Source of the DNA: Octopus vulgaris
Taxonomy: Eukaryota
Length of the DNA: 64,000 bases
Direction: 5' to 3'
NCBI GenBank assembly: GCA_951406725.2
Contig: OX597819.1
Span: forward strand, 83,142,001 to 83,206,000
The position numbers were made by a program, and so were the translations under genes. Positions 54,600-64,000 of this stretch are shown here, one piece after another (positions within the stretch are counted from its first letter, which is position 1; each line of letters opens with the position of its first letter). The notes beneath the pieces were generated by a model, which was not told the origin of the DNA, searched no databases, and was given only the letters and a program-made list of their open reading frames with translations.

Positions 54600-56300
54600 G
54601 TCTTTCCGTTTTCAATCACCACGAAAAGGTGCAAGTCACCTGATAGATTGATTAATTTTAGGATGTGCTATTTACTTTCATGATCAGTTTGGACCAATAA
54701 ATCCATCCCTTGACCAGGTAAAATTTGCTTTTGCAGCCAGTGAGCTTAAAATATGTTCATAAGCAGCAAATATTTATTTCTGACGGTAGATAGACCACCT
54801 TTATTTTTACTGTCCTCCACCGACAATAAATTGGTTACTCATTATGAGTGTTACAGAGTGCCTCCTGTTCTCTTCGCTGGTCGGAAATCTCAACACATTC
54901 GTGCCGAAAATTTCCCTCGAAATTTTGGTAACCCGAATTCGTTTAAGATACTTTTTAATTTGGTTTCTGACCTTCAGAACAATACACCTAGAAACAATAC
55001 TTTCTTTATGCATCCCTCGGATCTTTTGCTGGATGCTACAGAATACTGTCTTTGCAACACTGGTTTGCAAATATTAGTATGTTTCAAATCTTGCAGCAGT
55101 AGAGAAATTAACCTTCTTTGCAGTCGCCAAATTTTAGCGACACCGTTAACATCTTTTCTGCTAGTCATTTCTTCCCTCAGTTTATGGACATGTGCTCAGA
55201 ACAGACTCTTCGATTGGATCATTCTTACCAATCTCAACCACCGTTCAAAGAAGTTTGCTGGAAGGCAACACTTCTCTTTCCACCCTTCATTCCACCTTCG
55301 CTTCTCTTTTCAGGTGGATCTTAAGAAGTTGATGATGACTTGGTTAAAGAGTAAGATAGCTATTTCAGCCCTTTCATTCTAGCCCGCCATTCATCTTTTG
55401 CTCACCAGACAGATAAACACTGAATGTACTCTTCGGTCAAAGGAAGACGCGGGACGATCCTCACCAGGGAACTGCCCTACACACGACAACAGGTATTCAA
55501 TATAAACTCGCAAGTCAGCAGTGTTTGGGTACTGCACGAGTGCATGCAGAACAGTTGTTTTTGGTGCTTCTACTCTTAGTACTGTCCTTGGTACTGCTTC
55601 TGTTTGTGTGTGTGTTGTTGTTGATGATGATGATGATGATGATGATGCTTTTGTTGATATATCTGTTGTAGTGGAGTTATCTTTCTGTTTTTTTTTTGTT
55701 TTTTTGCAGTGAGCAGAATGCTTATATATTGTCTACATGGCTACATATGTGGCATCACACCCTCTATCCTGAACTGCTATGAAAAGCTGCAAGCCAGTTA
55801 AGAGATTGATCAAGCTTTCATAGTCGGTCAGAATTAGTAATTCCGTTTCTGTGCTTGTCCAATTTTTTATTTCCAGTCAGTGGACTTGCTTGTTTTATTT
55901 TCTATGTAATATAATACGGCAGCAACAAGAAAGGGGGTGTCTACTCCGGGTGGTACCTCAGCTACCTTTACCTCCACAAGACACAACGATTTAGATATGT
56001 TAGGATCTTCGCTTTTTAAAGTAGTGGTAGAATTCTCTTTAACGTATTCTTTACTTGGAGACCCTACCTCAATTTTTCCGAAGCACCTTCCTCGAATTAA
56101 ATAGATTTTCAAACCCAAGGCCAGTTATGAAGCAATTTTCCTTTTTTTTCCGTTTTAAATATGTAATTTTTACCAATAAATTCTGAAACTCATCCCAAAG
56201 GGCGCGAAAATTTCAGAAAGATAGCTGGTTGACTGATTAACGAGATGGTGCAACAAAAATACTAATAACGTTCTTTAAAACTACAAACATAAGCAAACTC
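54600..56300 (-). pseudogene. Degenerate L1/Tx1-like LINE relic (ORF1 and C-terminal ORF2 remnants)
   Basis: KIEVGSPSKEYVKENSTTTLKS..EVKVAEVPPGVDTPFLVAAVL and a CHIC knuckle remnant. The downstream part is only weakly recognisable. Confidence 0.45.
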
Positions 56301-56942
56301 TCTCGAGAGCTTTGAGACGAGAGGTTTTTACCATGCTGTATACCAACAATTCTTTGGTGACGGAAAGGAAAGTTTACCTCAACATGATTTGAAATAAAAA
56401 CCTAAAGAGTCAGAAAAGTAATACAAAGCATTTTATTTGGATGCTCTAATGATTCTGCCAAGCCTCTGTCCAAGAAAAGGTAAACATCTATGAAATTTGT
56501 GGGATGATATACTACTTCTTACTATAAACTTTAAATTAACTTGTTTGATATTTCAGATGATTTGGTTAAAATAGTAGCAATGTAAAGTTTCTTCTCCCTC
56601 CATTTCTTTTCACAAATACTGAAACTTGAAAGAATAAGAAACAAAATTTTCCTTGTATATTTTCTTTCATTGAGCTATGAATATAAAGTGAGAACAGACA
56701 GATTGCCGCCGCCAAGCAGGATTGCCCTAGACGCACTGTATACAGTTAAAGCTTTCTACAACACCACATTAGTTTATATGATCCATACTTTGTAGATATT
56801 AAGATATAACATTATATTAAAAGTAGTATAAATAAAACAAGATATGCCAATCCTTTCCTGAATGTTTCTTTTTTAAAAGTTATATTCGTTATAATGAACG
56901 TGGTTTGAAAAATAGACATGAAAGATACGTTTCTATATTTAC

Positions 56943-57027
56943 CCGCATAGCTCTTCCCTTGTGCTGTTGAATGGCCGTTTTAAAGAAGCCACACACTCAC
57001 TCAATACATTATCATCGCAACTGGTAC
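56943..57027 (-). CDS. Gene B internal exon (phase 1 to 2); (G)TSCDDNVLSECVASLKRPFNSTREELC(G)
   Basis: Bounded on the minus strand by ctcttgcag and GTAAAT. Length 85 nt. Paralog of 17759-17843. Confidence 0.88.
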
Positions 57028-57739
57028 CTGCAAGAGCAAAAAGCATTACATGGAATGAACAAAACCAATAACAACAAGGCTATTTTAACATTTTCAACTG
57101 TTCAGTTGCTGAATATTTGTCAATAACCAGTAATCGACATTTAAATCTGTGCTTGTGTATGTGCGTGCGCACGTGTGTGTCTATCTGTCTGTCTGTGTAC
57201 GCGCGTGCGCACGCCAGTTATGTAGAAGGTGCTGGTTTCGTTCCCGACAATCCAACCATGAAACAGGTAATACAGAGATTTGTAGACATTTTGCTGGACT
57301 TAAAACAAAAACCTGTCAAAAGGCGAAGGAGCTTATTGTGAGAGTCAACGGCCATCTGCACAAGTGGTACCTCCTAAAATCATCCTGCACGGGGACTAGC
57401 AATCTACCAAGACCGTATCCACGACAACTTTGTTGAAAGATACGCTGAGATTTCAACAAATTGGAGTCGAACTGGAGTCAATGTCCTGAGATGACGTGTC
57501 ATGGAGATATAAGTTAGAAGTTTGAAAGAGTAAATATTTAGTCTAGCTTCGTAAAAACACTTAGAAACGTATATATAAAATATTGTGTGGAAAATATTCG
57601 TACCGTATTTCATTTGACGAAGTTTAAGCATGCGATTTAGTGTTTCACATGAAGAGAAGCATTTGACATATATTACCTGAAAGTTGACATTTCAGCACAT
57701 TTTTCAATACGATTACTGTGTGGATAGTTTATTTCTAAA

Positions 57740-58780
57740 GTTTTTACGTTAAAAGTGAAAAGAGGGGTAAATCAGATATATTTTCTTCATTTGGTGATCT
57801 TTTATTTCCAGCAAAAGAAAACGCAGCACAAACAGTAAAATCAATATGTGCAGTTTATGGAAATGGTACCATAGCAGGAGAACTCTTCGTAAGTCATTTG
57901 TTAAGTTTAGCAGTAAAAACTTTGCTCTGGAGGACAGTGAGCGTTCCGGTAAGCTCTCAATTGTTGATGATGACCAACTCGAAACGTTAATCAAATGTAA
58001 TCCAGGTCACACAACATCACTGGGGTACTCCACATATCATTCTGAGCGTTATAAGGCATTTCATTAAAAGCACTTGATTCGTGAATTGCTATGATATTCG
58101 GGTGCTTCATAATTTAGCGGAAAAAAATTTAATGGGCCGTATTTCCATATGCGATCATCGGCTCAAACCCATTAAAATGATTGATTTTGAATAGAACGAT
58201 TGCAGGTGACAAGAAATTGTTTATAACATGTAGTGAAAAGAATCACCCAAATCACCCAACAATTTGTCACAATCCGAAGAAGGTAATGCTTTTTTCTCTT
58301 GTAGGATTGGAAGGGCATTGTGTATTGTGAACTCTTTCCGCAAAATCAGAGGTTGAATCCAGATAATTATTATTCCAAGTTAGACCGATTAAATATAAAT
58401 CGATGAAAAATATCTATAATTGGCCAATCGGAAGGGTGGACAACGTTAGACCTCTTGTATCCTCATAGAGCTAAGAAATTGGTACAGCTTACTCAGTTGA
58501 CCGTGTACCTTCAGATTCCAACTTAATTCGCTCCCTATGAAATCCTGTTCATGGGGAGAAATCCAATTGCTTGGACGTTTGTAAAACCCACTTAGATTTG
58601 TCCATTACCCAGACAGATGTCAACTTCTGGGTGGGGGGAATCATAAAACTGCCTCTAAGATAGAGAATGGTACAGGAATGTTAGAGGACATATGGGGTTT
58701 AATAAAGAAATGCACAAATATCGAAATAATCTCTTTGAAATTTTTAATTAATAACCGATGTAAATTTATGTTCCAAGCTA
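57740..58780 (+). mobile_element. Highly degenerate mariner relic
   Basis: FALEDSERSGK..VDDDQLETLI. Remnants of gtgcttcataattta and ggattggaagggcattgtgtat match mariner B. Confidence 0.7.
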
Positions 58781-58849
58781 ATATATATACTTGCAAAAGT
58801 AGGTTCTCCAAAAGCATACAATGAAGTTCTTTTCGTATCGTTCAGCAAT

Positions 58850-60320
58850 GTTCGAGGTCTTCATAATAATTTCCCATTCGTCCAATCCTTTCATCATGCA
58901 AACTCTCATGTTCTTGCACTCTGTGAGACAAATCTTAATGATTCTGTATGTAACACCAAGCTTATGGCTCTTTACCGTAGTTAATCTGATACTCATCTCC
59001 ATGAGTTGGCTGTCTATGCACGAACGGATTTTGCTAAAAGTCAGAGTGCCTCTTGAATATGTGGATGAATCATATATGTGCTTCCTTGTTCCTCTCCTTC
59101 AAGCAACTTGCTACCTATTTTTCTTATATAAATCGTCTTCCTTTGACTCGCGTCCAGTTATTGAAGCTTTATTTGATGGGATTTACAAGATTTGATGATT
59201 TCGATGCTCTTCATCGAACTGGCTGGCCTGAAGTTTCCTATAACTACTTTCTGGCTCATCGTCTCACTCAGATTATTGACTTTTCAACCAGATCTCCTGA
59301 CAGTGATACTGGAACGTTTGATTACTTTATGACTTCTGTCCTAGAAGGTTGTTAGGCAACTTCTTTCCCTCCATTTGGTCCATCGGATCAAGCAGTAGTA
59401 GCTGTCAATATCGAATCTGTTTCTGTTGCTGGTGTAGATAAACCTTATAATCGTAAGACTTTCAAGTTTGCAAAGGACGATTGAAATGGCTTTAGTTCCT
59501 TCTTTCAAGATGTTCTTTGAACTCTGTAAGAGGGCTATTGCAGATGCTAAATCATCTCATGCACACAAGGCTTATGAATCCTTTACCTCACAAAGGCTTG
59601 GAAATCTCAACTTTTGGAAGATCTACAATAGTGTTATCAAACTTGGTAGGTCTTCTCTGCACCCCACCCACACACATGTTTTGATAGTGTCAGGTGTTCT
59701 AGGTCATCCGCAGAGAAAGCTAACTTTTACTCACTTGCTTGTTAATGTTCCTTTGAACTCTACTTTGGGAAAGTTAACTTTGATACTACAGGTAAATACA
59801 TAGAGTGGGTACATACTGATATTGACACTATTATTCTTGTCACAATTTTAGGGAAACGCCTCAATCTCCGCCTTGGTTCAACACAGTGTACATCTATTGT
59901 TTCTTATCGGAACCATTTTACCGATACTTTCAGCACAATCAGTTTAAAGATTCTTGGTTCGCCTTTCGGATAGTCAGCAATGTCTGTAAAAGAGCTATTG
60001 CTGATTTGCAAATTCTTTGCTTCACAGAGGCTTGGAAGTCGAGACTTTTTGAAAATCTATAATAGTGTGCCTCCACTTTTTGATAGTGTCAGGTATTCTC
60101 GGCCCTCCGCAAAAAAAGCTGACCTCTTTGATCACTTGTTTGCTGATAACTCTATACTTGATGATTCGGGTGCATCTATTCACATACAGAACATTTTTGT
60201 TTATTCTGCAGTCATTACTTCAAAGTTAGTTAAGTTAAACTCTAAGCTTCGTCAGTCTAAAGTATATGGTCCTGACGTCGTTCCTAGGGTTGCTTTGAAA
60301 GCGTGTGCAAACTACTAGAT
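58850..60320 (+). pseudogene. CR1/Jockey-type LINE relic (APE end to RT start)
   Basis: STRSPD..FDYFMTS, SQRLGSRDFLKIYNSV, KADLFDHLFADNSILDDSG and SKVYGPDVVP..LKAC motifs. Confidence 0.65.
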
Positions 60321-60529
60321 CTACCAACTCAAGTCTAAAGTAAATTCATTACTTTCGTCTTAATTTCTTTTTGTTCATAGTCTCTTACTCTAAGTGGCTT
60401 CATGCCTTGTTTGGGACATTCTAATTTTAAAGCACACACACATGTATATATATATTTTTTTTTTTGTGGAGACGCAATGGCCCAGTGGTTAGGATAGAGG
60501 ACTAATAGGATGTAACGTTGGGGTACTAT

Positions 60530-61915
60530 ATTACTAGACTATGATTTTAAGTTTATTCCATCTAAGAAATTAGGACATGTTAATTGTTTATCAAGATTGA
60601 TTTCGAAAAATACTGGACCGTTTGAAGATACTATGATTGCTGCGTTGCGAGCAGGAACTGGGATTTAAAATGATATTCCATGTTCCTGACTGCATGTTGA
60701 TCACGCACGTCCACTTAAGCGTTCATATTATCTTGTGGTGGACAGTTTTTCAAAGTGGCCTGAAGTGCATAAGTGTAAAAAGCTTAAATTTGTGATTACA
60801 GTATTTTTTTTTACACGAATTGTTCACCAGATATGGTATTTTTGATAGCATTGGGTCTGATAATAGAGCTTAGTTTACTTCAGTCGAGTTCAAAAAGTTT
60901 TGTAAAAAGTTCGTTATCGAACATGTGACCACTCCGCCGTATCATTCTATGTCGAAATGTAAGGTGGAGTGTTTTGTTGATACTTTTAAGAGGGGTTTTA
61001 AAAAGGCGAACAACGAAGTAATGGATGACTTAACACTTCAACAATTTCTAAGAGTGTACCGAGAAACATCTGATCCGAATACACCATCTGGAATGTCACC
61101 AGCGGAATTAAGGTTTGCTAGAAAGATCAGATCTGCTTTTGATAATTCGATACCGAGTAATAAAAGAAAAAATGGCGAACAACAAATATACTTCAAAATT
61201 CTTCAAGATAGGTTACAAAGTTTGTTTGTTTTTTTAATTGTACAGATATGGTAAAGAAAGTTGGGAGAACGGAGTAATTATTGAACAAATTGGAAAAGTA
61301 TTATTCCTGGTAAAAGGATCTTTTCACTTTGACCAGCAGATTTTAAAAATAATTTCTTTGTAACTAAACACTTTTAAACTTCGTATACTGGTAGAATGTT
61401 TCACATAAAACATCTTTTTCTCTTGGCGTTCTTGAGAAAATTAAGTAGTTTGTAAGCTATTTCTTGTTTAATTTCTCGTATTTCGGCAATTTCAACCAAT
61501 CAATGACGTCTATTAACAAACTACATAATTTTCTCAAGAACGCCAAGAGAAAAAGATGTTTTATGTGAAACATTCTACCAGTATACGAAGTTTAAAAGTG
61601 TTTAGTTACAAAGAAATTATTTTTAAAATCTGCCGGTCAAAGTGAAAAGATCCCTGGTAAAAAGAAAAAAATTTCGAACATAAAAGACATATAAGCCAAC
61701 TTAAAAAGATGTACGGAAGAAACAGTCACGAAAGACGAAATTCCCATGGAAGTTTTGTACGCCCATGTTTGAAGGTACCAACATCCCCAAAAATTGAAGC
61801 TACACGTTCAAGTAACAGAAAAAGGAAAAGAACGGAAATACTAGAATTAAACTCTAAGCGTAAGAGATATTAAAACTCTGGACGGAGTTTAAATTTCAGA
61901 AAGGGGAGAAGTTAT
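60530..61915 (+). mobile_element. Gypsy-like LTR retrotransposon integrase relic with polypurine tract
   Basis: VVDSFSKWPEV, GSDN and TTPPYHSMS..VECFVDTFKR..MSPAEL motifs. PPT-like aaaggggagaag at about 61901. Confidence 0.75.
61316..61653. mobile_element. MITE with TIRs of about 135 bp and 9-bp TSD (CTGGTAAAA)
   Basis: ggatcttttcactttgacc...ggtcaaagtgaaaagatcc. CTGGTAAAA at 61307-61315 and 61654-61662. Confidence 0.92.
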
Positions 61916-62233
61916 GGGAGGCTAATTTTCAAAAAAGGCGAGAGGTTGTGGAAAGATCCTGACCACCCCCACGTGACTAACAGTGGACTGACGTATTTCA
62001 ATGAAATAAACAGTTGGCAGTTACCAAACAGTTAACAGCGTTGATCGTTCGTATTGGCGTAATATGGAGTACGTTCTGCATGAGCATATTAATCCTGCGA
62101 AAGGTTATTCTAGATAACCATATCCAAATGTTCATTTGGCTAATACTATTCTTACACCTTTGTTCACATGCCAACGTCATCATAACATTATTGGCGACAA
62201 GATATTCAAACCCACGACATAACATATATATAT

Positions 62234-62280
<47 letters not shown>

Positions 62281-62337
62281 CGCACACACACACACACATA
62301 TGTATACATTCATACAATATGTGTGTGTTGGGGGGAG

Positions 62338-62705
62338 GGCGCAGGTGTGGTTGTGTGATAAGAAGTTTGCTTCCCAGCCACAAGATTCCGCATTCAGTCC
62401 CACTGCATAGCAATTCTGCTATAACCTCAGGTGGACCAAAGACTTGGTGAATTTGGTAGAAAGAAGTCGGTCGTGTGTTTCTGTGTAAATACCAAGCTTT
62501 AAAGATAAGTAGTGAGGTCGATTCGTTCGACTCACATTCTTGAAGCCATTGCTCCAGAATAACCGCAGTCCAATAAATGGAACTAGTAAAAGAAAGATAA
62601 AGGATACATATATTATTTTAATATACATGTGTCTTAGGGCGGCGAGCTGACAGAATCGTTGCAACACTGGGCAAAATGCTTAGCGGATATCGTCCGTCTT
62701 CACTT
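62338..62705 (+). mobile_element. SINE family 1 (diverged) followed by a SINE family 2 head
   Basis: ggcgcaggtgtggttgtgtg..cattcagtcccactgc, then ggcggcgagctgacagaatcgtt. Confidence 0.7.
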
Positions 62706-62827
62706 ATTTGGATTTTATTTATTTCTAGGGACGGGGAAAATAGAATTCAATATTAAATATGTTTACAATTATTAAACAATATTTTCGTGGAGATATAAAA
62801 GCTATCAATGAAAAAGGTAATACTTAC

Positions 62828-62916
62828 CACACTCATAAAGAGCGTATGAATCACGAATAATCTGTGGTATAGGACATTTAGCATCTTCCTTACATTTAGA
62901 CATAAATGATATTGTT
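62828..62916 (-). CDS. Gene B internal exon (phase 2 to 1); TISFMSKCKEDAKCPIPQIIRDSYALYEC
   Basis: Bounded on the minus strand by ttgcag and GTAAGT. Length 89 nt. Paralog of 8165-8253. The gene presumably continues beyond 64000. Confidence 0.85.
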
Positions 62917-63647
62917 CTGCAATATAGTAAATCTAAATATGTTAGCCAAAAGTAAACAATTATTGCAACTATATTTTTGACCAGCTTTTAATACATTAAT
63001 ATATCGCCAGTCACTTTTTACTTAATAGAAATGAATTTGTAGTAAATATGAATATAGAAACAGTTGATAATGAAATACATCTTGAATGTAATCCAACAAT
63101 AAAAATATGCACATTTTAATGCGTACTTGATATGTACTGATATTTATATCAAAGCATTTACACTTGTTAATAGTAAATTGTAGTAGCACTTTACGAAGTA
63201 CCATTATCCAACTCGTGCAATTTTAACAAAATATTTTGTCAGCTGAGAATTTACTTTATTTTTTAAAAACTCTATAAATCAGTTAATTAAACAGCTCTGC
63301 TCTTCTCAACTATTCTCTACGTTAATTTGAATCCAAATGATTAAGTATAAAATATGTCAAAGTGTCCATATTCAATATCCATTTAATCTATTTCCTATAG
63401 CTTTACTATCTTTCACCAAACTCTCCGCAGCGCAAATACGCCTTATTATCACCATTCGTGAACTGCTCCTACTCTAAGATATTTGTAGCCAGTCATCGAA
63501 CTCCCAAAATGTTCATAGCTTTTACTGTCTACCTGCACAAATCCAGTTGGGGAAGAAGCTGACTCAATCTAGCATGATAATATTTTACTAGTAATACCTA
63601 TGGAAAAAACCCACGGATATTTTGAAATCTATGTCCCTAATTCTATC

Positions 63648-63745
63648 GTTTCTGGGGAGAGTCATTCTCTTTTGGTGCCTTATAATTTAACACACTCACC
63701 GGTAAAATTATAAGGCACCAAAAGAGAATTACCTTCCCCAGACAC
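63648..63745. repeat. Short inverted duplication containing an ORF-start motif shared with 15646-15726
   Basis: tctggggagagtcattctcttttggtgccttataattt pairs with aaattataaggcaccaaaagagaattaccttccccaga. Confidence 0.8.
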
Positions 63746-64000
63746 AACAGAATATGCTTCAACACTCGAACTCACATAAAGAATCTTGCAAAGCAAATCC
63801 AAAAACGAAAAATATCACTAATGTTATTGACAATTTATTGAAAGAATAATGTATATAGAGAAGCAATGCAGCACTATCGAATACATAATTTATAATAATT
63901 TTTCATGGTACGAATGTGTTAGTAACATTTTAGCAACTATTCTACATTCTTATTTTCATATCAAAGACAAAAGCGTACAGCTTGACATGAACCTACTCTC

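Noticed and set aside
54300-54651. Ala/Thr-rich or hydrophobic ORFs on both strands
   Set aside because: Low-complexity (TTG/CTG) sequence beside a LINE relic, with no splice or homology support.

Overview
AT-rich, microsatellite-dense animal genomic DNA. The SINE and transposon repertoire suggests an octopus or other cephalopod, which is an inference. Most long ORFs in the supplied track are microsatellite artefacts or transposon relics. Two systems stand out. (1) A tail-to-tail pair of paralogous, multi-exon host genes that the ORF track misses. Gene A (+) has six exons from 676 to 29095. Gene B (-) has four exons from 62916 to 44944. Matched exons have identical lengths (89/85/83/89 nt) and phases. 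They encode tandem six-cysteine modules, each built from two exons, ending in a GPI-anchor-like hydrophobic tail. The ectodomains are only about 42% identical, while intron flanks and 3' UTRs remain easy to align. (2) A dense population of Penelope-like elements (Naiad-type RT + GIY-YIG) and non-coding derivatives inserted in (TA)n tracts. They carry about 14 type I hammerhead-ribozyme folds, including canonical cores and recurrent U3-A8 and U4C variants. They form two retrozyme-like tandem units (467 nt and 367 nt) and several outward-reading inverted duplications up to 1.4 kb. The rest comprises Dong/R4-type RLE LINEs in (TAA)n, mariner relics including a tandemly duplicated block, Chapaev3, Gypsy, CR1/Jockey and L1/Tx1-like relics, a MITE with a 9-bp TSD, and tRNA-derived SINEs.
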